64,000 nucleotides of DNA from Candidatus Latescibacterota bacterium. GTDB lineage: Bacteria; Latescibacterota; UBA2968; UBA8231. Shown piece after piece: positions 1 through 8,726 of this stretch (the first letter of the stretch is position 1; every line of letters starts with the position of its first letter). The stretch covers positions 320,001-384,000 of the forward strand of contig CBDAOB010000005.1 of NCBI GenBank assembly GCA_965197905.1. Direction: 5' to 3'. The translations under genes and the position numbers were made by a program. Under the pieces are notes generated by a model that was given only the letters and a program-made list of their open reading frames with translations, did not search any database and was not told the DNA's origin.

Positions 1-352
1 CGCCCACCAGTTCCTGGCGACGCGTCAACGCCTTCAGTTCGTCGATCCCGCTGAGATTGACCGAGAGAGGGACCTCGCAGAACCAGTGTTTTCCCGCCCG
101 CGCGGGGGCCAGACAATATTGCATGTGAAGAAAGCCCGGCACGCAGACAAACACCGCTCGAATCGAGGCCTGCCTGAGCACACCATCGTAATCGGCGGTC
201 ACGTTGACGCCGTATTTTTCCTCCGACTCCTGCAACCGATCCTCACGTGTATCGAACACGGTGATCTGATCCGGCAGGACGTCGTTAGCCAACAGACACC
301 GCACGCGTCGTTTCCCCATCGACCCTTGGCCGACAACCAGGTAATTCGTCAT
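1..352 (-). CDS. Gfo/Idh/MocA family oxidoreductase, N-terminal part; runs off the window edge and is absent from the ORF track
   Basis: Manual translation from ATG at 352: MTNYLVVGQGSMGKRR...AVFVCVPGFLH...AGKHWFCEVPLS. Rossmann GxGxxG plus an AGKHxxxExP motif. Confidence 0.85.
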   Translation of the reverse strand, partial: MTNYLVVGQGSMGKRRVRCLLANDVLPDQITVFDTREDRLQESEEKYGVNVTADYDGVLRQASIRAVFVCVPGFLHMQYCLAPARAGKHWFCEVPLSVNLSGIDELKALTRRQELVG

Positions 353-477
353 CTTTGACCTGATCTCAGTTGTTTGTATCACGGGAGTATTCTCTAATCA
401 ACCCACAGGATGTGGGTGTCCGCGGACACGCGAGCGCCTGGGCGGCATCAGTTTGATTCGATTTGTCAGCCGATTAT

Positions 478-1305
478 TTATCGTTGGATCGCACGAATAT
501 TCACCGCCCGTTGTTCAAGTTGTTCCGCTTCCTCCGTCCGATTCGTGGATCGATACAGCGCAGCCATATTCTCAAGGCTCGTGGCTACATGGCGATGATC
601 CGGTCCGAGGGTCTTCTCCCTTATCGCCAGCGCGCGTTCGTAGAGCGGCTCGGCCTGCGCGTACTGGCCTTGGGTCTTGTACAGGCCGGCGAGGTTGTTC
701 AGGTCTTTTGCCACATAGCGATGATCCAGACCAAGAGCTTTCTCATCGATCGCCAGTGCGCGCTTGTAGAGCGGCTCGGCCTGCGCGTACAGGCCTTGGG
801 TCTTGTACAGGCCGCCGAGGTAGCTTAGGTCTGTCGCCACATAGCGATGATCCAGACCAAGAGCTTTCTCATCGATCGCCAGTGCGCGCTTGTAGAGCGG
901 CTCGGCCTGCGCGTACAGGCCTTGGATCTTGTACAGGCGCGCGAGGTTGTTCAGGTCTATCGCCACATCGGGATGATCCGGACCGAGGGCCTTCTCCCTG
1001 ATTGCAAGCGTGCGCTTGTAGAGCGGCTCGGCCTGCGCGTACTGGCCTTGGGTGTCGTACAGCAACCCGAGGTTGTCCAAGCTGGCAGCCACATCGGGAT
1101 GATCTGCGCCAGCTTTTTTCTCGGCAAGCCCCACAGACTTCTTCGCCAAAACCACGGCTTGGTCATACTCTCCCGTGCGGTAAAGGTCCATGACCTCTTG
1201 ATTCAGATTTTCCAATTCAGAGTCCGCGCATTGCACGAGCACGCAGGTCGCGGACAGTAACAGAAGCAACACAGCTTTATCAGTTCGTCTTATGGGTTTA
1301 GTCAT
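478..1305 (-). CDS. Exported tetratricopeptide repeat protein with 42-aa kinesin-light-chain-type repeats
   Basis: Repeats of GPDHPDVAxxLNNLAxLYxxQGxYAQAEPLYKRALAI. Hydrophobic N-terminus ending VLVQC, a possible lipoprotein signal. Confidence 0.9.
   Translation of the reverse strand: MTKPIRRTDKAVLLLLLSATCVLVQCADSELENLNQEVMDLYRTGEYDQAVVLAKKSVGLAEKKAGADHPDVAASLDNLGLLYDTQGQYAQAEPLYKRTLAIREKALGPDHPDVAIDLNNLARLYKIQGLYAQAEPLYKRALAIDEKALGLDHRYVATDLSYLGGLYKTQGLYAQAEPLYKRALAIDEKALGLDHRYVAKDLNNLAGLYKTQGQYAQAEPLYERALAIREKTLGPDHRHVATSLENMAALYRSTNRTEEAEQLEQRAVNIRAIQR
584..1110. repeat. 126-bp tandem repeat, about 4 copies, inside the TPR gene
   Basis: 710-799 and 836-925 are identical over 90 nt. TAGAGCGGCTCGGCCTGCGCGTAC recurs every 126 nt. 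Confidence 0.95.
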
Positions 1306-1504
1306 GAGTAATCGTCCCTCAATCTATTCGGAATCAGAGCGAACGCGCTTGCTGAGAAAATACAAACGGAATAACCGCAAGCGAGCACAAGTATAGTCGC
1401 AATTCCAAGTTTGGTGCTTAGGCAGTACGACAAACCGTTGGTCGATTGTGAAAGGGTTGGATTCATCCTATTGTTTGGAGCAGTCGCTTACAGGAGATCA
1501 ATCG

Positions 1505-2311
1505 ATGAAATTCAGCTTTATGACCAACGTACTGGAATGGCTCACGCTCGAAGAGACAATCGATCAACTCGCCGACATCGGGTATCAGGCTTGCGGACCC
1601 ATTTGTGGGCCGGGGGGGCATCTGGACCCCGAGGCTATGGGGGACAGCCAGCGACGGTCTCTGGTTAATTATGCCAACGACCGCAACATGGCGTTCAGCA
1701 TTCTCAATCCGTGGCACGTCGGCAATTTCGTCGCCGGAGTGGCCAGCGGTGACACCGAACGTTTTTACTCGTCGGCCATCGAACTGGCGGCGGACGTCGG
1801 TGCATCAGGCGTCCGTTTTCTGCCCGGTTCCTTCAAGGATGGAGAACGGCCCGGGTGGCAGGCAATGATCCAGGTTTTGAAACCACTCTGCTACCGGGCC
1901 GAGCAAGCAGGCGTCGATCTGCTCATGCACAACCACGAGAATCAGCTGATCGACACCGCCAACGGTTTCGCCCTGCTGCGTCACCACGTCGGTTCGGAGC
2001 GACTGAAGATAAACCTCGATTGTGCCAATCTGGCTATCCTCATGGACGACCCCTGTCGCGCCATCAGGGACTTTCGCGACCATATCCGCCACGTGCGCTT
2101 TAAAGGCATGAATGACTACTATCCGGTCGGTCATCAATGCGTCCCCGGAAGTGCTGGCGACATCGTAGACTGGGTTGCGATCATGGCTCTCCTGAAGGAG
2201 ATCGGTTTTTCGGGATACGTGGAGCTGGTGCCGTACGACTGGTTCCCACGGAATTTCCCGGAAACCGGTTTCAAATGGGCTTCGGAACTCGCTGAACGAG
2301 TGGGTGCGTAG
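1505..2311 (+). CDS. Sugar phosphate isomerase/epimerase (xylose isomerase-like TIM barrel)
   Basis: HNHE, NLDCAN, HVRFK, VDW..GFSGYVELV motifs. AGGAG precedes ATG 1505. Confidence 0.8.
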   Translation: MKFSFMTNVLEWLTLEETIDQLADIGYQACGPICGPGGHLDPEAMGDSQRRSLVNYANDRNMAFSILNPWHVGNFVAGVASGDTERFYSSAIELAADVGASGVRFLPGSFKDGERPGWQAMIQVLKPLCYRAEQAGVDLLMHNHENQLIDTANGFALLRHHVGSERLKINLDCANLAILMDDPCRAIRDFRDHIRHVRFKGMNDYYPVGHQCVPGSAGDIVDWVAIMALLKEIGFSGYVELVPYDWFPRNFPETGFKWASELAERVGA

Positions 2312-2560
2312 GACGGCACATTGAATCGATAAGAATTGCATACAGAGTCGGCCGTAGCTGCCGTGGCGGTTAGTGCTGCGGAACAGGCGATGGTTTTCGG
2401 TGAGGAGAATCTGTCACCGGCAAATAGTATCCTCCTGACGAAGACGCCCTATACTGAAAATCGAAGGCGGAACACTCATCGTAGATGACATGCTTGCCGG
2501 GACGCGAAACCCGCGTCCGATCAAGACGCGGGGCAAACCATATCGGCAGGCGGGAAACGG

Positions 2561-3394
2561 ATGGTCGAAATGGATGGGATCGAACGCGGGTTGCTGCTTG
2601 GAAAAATCGTGTGGGTTACCGCTTCCGCCCGGGGTCTGGGCAGGGCGATCGCCGAAAGGCTTGCGAGGTGTGGCGCATCGATGGTGGTTCACAGTAGGTC
2701 GGAGAAGACAGCGGCCGAATTCGGAGAGGCACCATCGACCCATCACGTTGCCGAAGAAATCGCATCGATCGGGAATCCGGTCACGACCGTATTCGCGGAC
2801 GTCTCCGACCCCGATCAGGTGAAGGCCGCCGTCGAGCAGATCGAAAGCGACCTTGGACCGATTGACGTGCTCGTCAACAATGCGGGAGGTGACATCGCGG
2901 CGGCAGGAGGAAAACCTGAACCCAACAACAGCTTTGCCGTGTCTTCGGAAGATGTGAAATCCGTGGTCGATCGCAATCTCATCACAACGCTCGATTGCTG
3001 CCGGGAAGTAATCCCTCGCATGATCAAGCACGGGAGCGGCCGGATCGTCAACATCGGATCTGTCGCGGGGTTCATCGGGAGATCGGACGGCGTCATCTAT
3101 GCCTCTGCCAAAGCCGCTCAGGCGAACTATACGAGATGCCTGGCCTCCGAACTGCGCGAACACAACATCACCGTGAACATGGTCGCGCCCGGCGGATCGC
3201 TCAGCGGCCGCTTCCTCGCCACTCGCCAGGGCGATCCAGAATTCCTGGACGCCATGGACAAACCGACGCTCCTGCGATACGCCACCCCCGACGAAATCGC
3301 CGCAGCCGTTCAGTTCTTCCTGTCACCGCTAGCGAACTTCGTCAGCGGACAGATCCTCCGTGTCGACGGTGCGGCGCAACTCTGCGCAGCATAA
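2561..3394 (+). CDS. SDR family NAD(P)-dependent oxidoreductase
   Basis: TASARGLG, NNAG, NIGS, YASAK, VDG motifs. Confidence 0.92.
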   Translation: MVEMDGIERGLLLGKIVWVTASARGLGRAIAERLARCGASMVVHSRSEKTAAEFGEAPSTHHVAEEIASIGNPVTTVFADVSDPDQVKAAVEQIESDLGPIDVLVNNAGGDIAAAGGKPEPNNSFAVSSEDVKSVVDRNLITTLDCCREVIPRMIKHGSGRIVNIGSVAGFIGRSDGVIYASAKAAQANYTRCLASELREHNITVNMVAPGGSLSGRFLATRQGDPEFLDAMDKPTLLRYATPDEIAAAVQFFLSPLANFVSGQILRVDGAAQLCAA

Positions 3395-3408
3395 ATGACG
3401 GCGTGCTG

Positions 3409-5220
3409 CTACTCAGCCGGCGCACCATCGGGCCAGGTCGTTCCACAAGACACCCTCTGCAGCAACGTCGGGTTGGCGAAGATCATCGTTGTCGATCCGT
3501 TGTAGGAGATCAGCGTCGGATCGTGCCGTAGATCCTGACCGCTTGCCAGTGTCTGGTGATCGCGGTGAAAAAAAGCCTTGACGTTTGGCGTCATCGGATC
3601 GAGCAGTACCCACCGATCGAACATCCGGACCGTCGTCAATGCGTGTCCCCCTACGTTGAGTCTCCGGGCACGAAAGCGATCGCCGGTCGTGGCGCTGGTC
3701 ATGTGAGCAAGCAATCCTGCGTGCGAGCGCCCGAATTCACCGCACATCCCTCCGCCCAGCCTCAGATTGGACAGCGGATCGAGCAAAGCCGCAAAATGAG
3801 CCCGCCTCGAGGCATAGACATACACCGCCTGTTGCGCCATGAAAAAGGTCGAGCCGATGACACGATCGATATCGTTGTCGTACGGCGAGCACAGCCAGTC
3901 GGCCATCTGCTGCATGGCGCCATCCAGCATCAGATCGAAGGAGACCGACCCGTCCACCGCCTCGATGTAGAAATCGCTCGGCGCGCCCTGGCGCGTAGTC
4001 CGTCGACGCAGGAGCGGCTGGCGCGACACGATGTACCGAAGCCGTTTCTCGATAAAGTCAGGATCGTCCAGTGCCGGCGTCGCCATGCCCTTCTCCTGCC
4101 CGAACGGATACACTACCGCACAGGTTCCGAGGTTGTAGGTGACACGCATTAGCCGATCACCTTGGGCATGGTCGCGCACTTCCAGTTCGATGTACTCGGG
4201 CAAGAAGCGCACGGGCATGTGATATTCAAACATCGTCGAAACGCTTTTTTGCGCGGGGATTTCCACCGGGCCGGACTCGACGGAATAGTTGGTATGCGTG
4301 TTCCGCGGTTCTGCGCCGCAGACGCCCCGCGAAATCATCACCACCCTCAACGCTCGACCTGTATTGTTGCTGAGCCGTACCGGCGCATGGTTGATTCCCC
4401 AACTGCAATTGGGAAAGTCGATCGATTCCAGGTTGACCTGTGTGGGACCTAGCGACATGAAGCCCATTTTGATCGGCGAACCCAATATACCTGGGTACTG
4501 CGGCATCCACGTGAACTGATAGTCGAAGTTTTCGACGGGTCGCTCGGTGGCGGTCCGAATGACCTCCAAGCCCATGGTCAGGCCTGGGATCGGCGTCTCG
4601 ACATCGAGGCTGGCAAGCGGAATGGTAAGCTCGGCAGTCCATTCCGTGTCCCCGGCGCACGCCGCGCCGCGCAGACCCATTTCCCTCGCTTTGGCTGCGG
4701 TATCGGGATTCATCTCCATGAGGGTCCACCAGTAATGCTGAAACCCCACTTCGTCGGAAAAGCCTGCCATGTGGGAGAGGTCGTCATACCACTCGAGCTC
4801 ACCCCGGGCGTTGATCGAAATGGTTTGCATTTCGCTATGGTTGTGCCGCATGTCGATGGCCACCGCAACCTTCTCTGCGCTGAGGCGATCATGTTCAGCG
4901 GCGCTTCCTTTGTCGACAGAGACGGGCAGCGCCGGCAAAGTAGCGCGAACGCCGACATACAGGGCCGTGAGATCCCAGGCCACATACACCATTGTCGAGA
5001 CAAGTGGACTGTCGTGATGAAACGGCGCCTTAGGCTCGACCCCGTCCACGCCTCTCCAGATCGGATCGGTCAGTGTACCGTCTAGAGTTGGAGGCCGTTC
5101 CACGTGGGTAGCGGCGAGGTGCAGGATTCGGTTCGGCCAGCCTCGCTTGAGGTTTGGAATAATGTTGTGGGGTTCCCACGGTGGAAACTGAATCTGGGTG
5201 ATCCTGGGCAGAGCAGACAT
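3409..5220 (-). CDS. Hypothetical protein with an N-terminal CBM9/DOMON-like domain and a C-terminal transglutaminase-like domain
   Basis: PTLDGTLTDPIW, VAWDLTALYV, WTAELTIP (CBM9-like). GGMCGE, GGHALT, WVLLDP (Cys-His-Asp). Confidence 0.6.
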   Translation of the reverse strand: MSALPRITQIQFPPWEPHNIIPNLKRGWPNRILHLAATHVERPPTLDGTLTDPIWRGVDGVEPKAPFHHDSPLVSTMVYVAWDLTALYVGVRATLPALPVSVDKGSAAEHDRLSAEKVAVAIDMRHNHSEMQTISINARGELEWYDDLSHMAGFSDEVGFQHYWWTLMEMNPDTAAKAREMGLRGAACAGDTEWTAELTIPLASLDVETPIPGLTMGLEVIRTATERPVENFDYQFTWMPQYPGILGSPIKMGFMSLGPTQVNLESIDFPNCSWGINHAPVRLSNNTGRALRVVMISRGVCGAEPRNTHTNYSVESGPVEIPAQKSVSTMFEYHMPVRFLPEYIELEVRDHAQGDRLMRVTYNLGTCAVVYPFGQEKGMATPALDDPDFIEKRLRYIVSRQPLLRRRTTRQGAPSDFYIEAVDGSVSFDLMLDGAMQQMADWLCSPYDNDIDRVIGSTFFMAQQAVYVYASRRAHFAALLDPLSNLRLGGGMCGEFGRSHAGLLAHMTSATTGDRFRARRLNVGGHALTTVRMFDRWVLLDPMTPNVKAFFHRDHQTLASGQDLRHDPTLISYNGSTTMIFANPTLLQRVSCGTTWPDGAPAE

Positions 5221-5334
5221 AGCATGCCTCCCTTTTTATCTAACGCCGTTCACCCCATTCCGCGGCATCGGAACGCGGATACGCCAAGGAAGCTAGAGGA
5301 CAGCGAAAGTCCATCAATGTTGGCCGAGCGTACT

Positions 5335-6315
5335 TCATTCGCTGTACACCGCCTCGATCAGTCCGCGCATGTAGCCGATGGCGTAGAGGCGCTCCATCGA
5401 GTATTCGTCCTCGAAGTCTCCGTAGGTCAATCGGGCAAAATGATCCGGCCGGGCAACACCCTCGTAGTTGGTGTCGCGATACGCCCGGACGCAGGCGGCC
5501 ATGTCGTGTTTGCCGTCGTCGTGGAACGCCTCTACGAATTTCTTTGGTGTGCCCTGAATGTCGCGGAAGTGGACGAAATGAATCTTTTTCTGCTCGCCAA
5601 AGTGGCGGATGACGGCGGGAAGGTCGTTGGTCATCAACCCGAAGTTGCCCTGACAGAGTCCAATGCCATTGGCAGGGCTGGGAACGAGATCAATCATCTT
5701 CTGGTAGTTGTCGACACTGCTGATGATGCGCGCGACGCCCTGGATCGGAGACAGGGGCGGGTCGTCGGGGTGCATGCCCAGCTTCACGCCGGCCTCTTCG
5801 GCAACGGGCACCACGCGCTCGAGGAAATACTTGAGATTCGCCCACTGGCCCTCCTCGGTGATTTCGCCGTGTTCGCCCGCCGGGTGTCTCTTGTTGAACT
5901 CCTCCAGGTCAAAGCCTGTCACCTCGGCGCCGCCGCGGGTGGGCAGATCGCTCGATGTGCGGATCACGAAGTGCACGGGCATCCATGCCGGACACCAGAC
6001 GGGAATCCCGGCGGCGCCCATGTTTCGAATAAATTCGCAGACGACGGCGATCTCATCGTCGCGGCCGCTCTGTCCCAGCTTGATCTTCTCCATCGGTCGA
6101 CGGCTTTCGATCACCGCGAGCCGATAGCCGTTGGCTTCATACTGCGCTATGCGATGGGCCAGTGACTGGCGGCTGAACGGTTGCTCCGGGTCGCCAATTT
6201 CCAGACCCGGCCTGGGGTCGAGACTGAAATGGCCTACGGCGTGCTTCACGCCGCACTGCGCGCCGAATGCCGCCACGGCACCGGATTCGGGTTCGAGACC
6301 CAATGCGATTTTCAT
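5335..6315 (-). CDS. uxuA: Mannonate dehydratase family protein
   Basis: PVAEEAGVKLGMHPDDPP, GLCQGN, HFVHFRD, RPDH, AIGYMRG. Start refined to ATG 6315, preceded by AAAGGA. Confidence 0.88.
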   Translation of the reverse strand: MKIALGLEPESGAVAAFGAQCGVKHAVGHFSLDPRPGLEIGDPEQPFSRQSLAHRIAQYEANGYRLAVIESRRPMEKIKLGQSGRDDEIAVVCEFIRNMGAAGIPVWCPAWMPVHFVIRTSSDLPTRGGAEVTGFDLEEFNKRHPAGEHGEITEEGQWANLKYFLERVVPVAEEAGVKLGMHPDDPPLSPIQGVARIISSVDNYQKMIDLVPSPANGIGLCQGNFGLMTNDLPAVIRHFGEQKKIHFVHFRDIQGTPKKFVEAFHDDGKHDMAACVRAYRDTNYEGVARPDHFARLTYGDFEDEYSMERLYAIGYMRGLIEAVYSE

Positions 6316-6372
6316 GATGTTATTCCTTTCTGGTGGAGGGCATCTGTACCGAAACACCGAGGATTCGGGCGA

Positions 6373-6400
6373 AATATACTGCCGCCGGCGCCGGCGGCAA
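6373..6400 (-). promoter_or_regulatory. Sigma70-like promoter for uxuA containing a perfect 20-bp palindrome
   Basis: Minus strand TTGCCG-16nt-TATATT. TGCCGCCGGCGCCGGCGGCA (6380-6399) is its own reverse complement. Confidence 0.45.
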
Positions 6401-6447
6401 AAAGTGTGGGTTGCCAAACCGCGTGGCATCAGCCACTTTGAATGCTC

Positions 6448-7236
6448 ATGAACTCGCAGAGAATCCTCATCATCGGTATGAGCGGTCTGATCGGCGGCAT
6501 CGCCCGTCGCCAGCTGGAGGGCACCTACGAGCTCCGGGCCCTCAATCGACGACCGCTGCCCGACGTTGACTGCCATTGCGCCGACATCGGCGATCTCGAT
6601 GCCATTCTTCCCGCCTTCGACGACGTTGACACCGTTCTCCACCTCGCCGCCTACGTCGACATGGATGCCACCTGGGAGGCGGTGCTGCACAACAACGTGA
6701 TCGGCACCTACAACGTCTTCGAGGCGAGCCGCCGGTCGGGTGTCCGGCGCGTCATTTTTGCCAGTGCCGGCGCCGCGATTTCGGGATGGGAGCGTGAAAT
6801 GCCGTGGGGCGCCCTTGTCGCAGCCCGTTACGATGAGGTGCCCCCGACATGGGACATGGTTACCAATGAGCTTCCCTGTCGTCCGACGGGCCTCTATGGT
6901 TGCAGCAAAGCCTGGGGGGAAGCCCTGGCTTGGCATTTCGTCGACTCCTCCGACCTGTCGATCATCAATCTGCGCATCTGCGCGGTACCGGCGGAAAACC
7001 GGCCCATGCGTCCGCGTGATTTCTCCATCTGGTGCAGTCACGAGGATCTAGGCCGCATCGTCCAGCTTTGCGTCGAGCTGCCGAGCAGTGTTCGCTACGA
7101 CACATTCTTCGCCCAATCGGATAACCAGTGGGCGTACCGCGACATCCAGCATGCCAGGGATGTGCTGGGATACGAGCCGCAGGACCGGGCCGAGGACCAC
7201 CGACCAGGGGGACAGGACGACAATTCGCATCCTTAA
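6448..7236 (+). CDS. NAD-dependent epimerase/dehydratase (uronate dehydrogenase-like)
   Basis: GMSGLIG, HLAA, NNVIGTYNVFEA, YGCSK, GYEPQD. Confidence 0.85.
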   Translation: MNSQRILIIGMSGLIGGIARRQLEGTYELRALNRRPLPDVDCHCADIGDLDAILPAFDDVDTVLHLAAYVDMDATWEAVLHNNVIGTYNVFEASRRSGVRRVIFASAGAAISGWEREMPWGALVAARYDEVPPTWDMVTNELPCRPTGLYGCSKAWGEALAWHFVDSSDLSIINLRICAVPAENRPMRPRDFSIWCSHEDLGRIVQLCVELPSSVRYDTFFAQSDNQWAYRDIQHARDVLGYEPQDRAEDHRPGGQDDNSHP

Positions 7237-7294
7237 GTGGAGAGCCCAAAGGTCGAGCATGCTAGGGGGATCCCGTCGGGACTCCCCTCGCGAA

Positions 7295-8629
7295 CTATTG
7301 AAAGAGAAGGAATCCTGATGCCTCTAGTCCGTCGTACTCGGCGAACGATTGACTGTACTCGACGGTGCGGAATAGGCGGATAAAGTTCACACCCGAGAGC
7401 TCGCCGGACCCCGGCGGCGGGTGGTATATCGGATCCCACCGAAGCTGGCATTCCGCAGACCAGAAATCGTCTCCCACATAAGTCGCCGTTGTCACTTCCG
7501 CGTCCCATTTGTAATCACCATCCCTGCCCTTGTTGTAGTCGGTCCACACGTCAACCGTCGCCCCCTGGCTGTTGACCCAGATTTGGGAGATCGTCTTCGT
7601 GTCCCGGTTGCGATCGAAGCGGAGGTAGATCCGATCTTGGCGAGGTTTAGCCCCCTCATCCTCATGTGGCAGCACTACCAGGCTTTCCGGATGGGCGTCG
7701 GCACAGTGCACGCCCCAATAGAGCGCCGTTGCGGAATATCCCATCAGCACGCGGGTTTCAACACGTGGTGGCAACGTCGTGCGCCCGTGCCGCGTGTGGA
7801 CATGGAACGAATCTATTAGTGCCGCGCCCTCCCAGGCTTCATCGTCCAAGCGGCCGTCGATGGTCGGAGGCGATTCGAGCCTGGGAACATCCACCAGCAG
7901 GCGATGGTCTCTCAAAATCTCGATTCCGCGATCGCGCTCGACGTAGTCCAGATAAAACGTTCCCTGGTAGTATCTGGCCTGTTTGCTGTTAGGTGCATAT
8001 GCCACCAAGTCTGCAAAAAGGGAGTCGGCTTTCGAAAGGTTCGCTTGGAGCGCCGCTTCCCGCGCCTTCTTTGCCGATCGCGCCACGTACTCTTCCACCA
8101 GGTATAGGGCGGCCGCGCGAACCTCCTCGTCTTCTGAAAGTGCCCTTTCACCTGCGAGCCGCCGCAACGTTTGGGTCTGCTCGTCGCTCAGCTTGTCCAT
8201 AGCGTCACCGAACGGGAGCAGCGCCGGGGCCTGCACCAGTGGAGAAGGATCGGAAATGGCCTGGAGAAGGAGGTCAAATAGCTCGGATCGCAGGTGAAGT
8301 CCTAGCTCCTCTGCGATGCGTCCACGCACCAAGGGCTCGGGATCGTTCAGTAGATGTTTCTCGAGCACGGCGGCGATCCGCTCGTCGGCGGTTCTCACCG
8401 TAAAACTCACCAGAATGTCCGCCACTTCAGCACGGATTTTCGTTTCTCGATCCGATGCCAGCGCCTGAATAAGCGGCTCAACGGCTCTATTTGAGGCCAG
8501 AACCAGCTCGTGTTTTGCTGCGGCTTGCTCATCGGGCGAGCCGCCGAGCTTGTCAATACTGTCTTCTATCGATGACCCGCAAGCGACAAGGTAGATGGCC
8601 GTTGCTGTGATCGAAACTCTACTCGGCAT
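7295..8629 (-). CDS. Lipoprotein with HEAT/PBS-like repeats and a C-terminal CBM9-like domain
   Basis: Lipobox LVAC. AVEPLIQAL and DPEPLVR/DPSPLVQ helical repeats. PTIDGRLDDEAW and WSAECQL. Confidence 0.65.
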   Translation of the reverse strand: MPSRVSITATAIYLVACGSSIEDSIDKLGGSPDEQAAAKHELVLASNRAVEPLIQALASDRETKIRAEVADILVSFTVRTADERIAAVLEKHLLNDPEPLVRGRIAEELGLHLRSELFDLLLQAISDPSPLVQAPALLPFGDAMDKLSDEQTQTLRRLAGERALSEDEEVRAAALYLVEEYVARSAKKAREAALQANLSKADSLFADLVAYAPNSKQARYYQGTFYLDYVERDRGIEILRDHRLLVDVPRLESPPTIDGRLDDEAWEGAALIDSFHVHTRHGRTTLPPRVETRVLMGYSATALYWGVHCADAHPESLVVLPHEDEGAKPRQDRIYLRFDRNRDTKTISQIWVNSQGATVDVWTDYNKGRDGDYKWDAEVTTATYVGDDFWSAECQLRWDPIYHPPPGSGELSGVNFIRLFRTVEYSQSFAEYDGLEASGFLLFQ

Positions 8630-8726
8630 GATCGGCCTGCTATCTGGGGAGCGATTCTGGTGGGCTGCTCGCGGCGGCCCGAAGCCCGGGTCGGGAAGCG
8701 TCGCACGACGAAGCTTATGGCGGCCC

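Noticed and set aside
400..477. Two small hairpins and an attC-like look downstream of the TPR gene
   Set aside because: No clear RYYYAAC/GTTRRRY core pair and no integrase.
584..1110. Possible CRISPR or DGR interpretation of the 126-bp repeats
   Set aside because: The repeats are in-frame coding units without spacers. There is no cas or reverse transcriptase gene and no adenine-specific variation.
5335..7041. Long N-terminal extensions in the ORF track (568-aa uxuA, 803-aa malate synthase, 568-aa hydroxy acid oxidase, 364-aa cobS)
   Set aside because: The extensions overlap real neighbouring genes or relics. They are open frames caused by high GC, not fusions.
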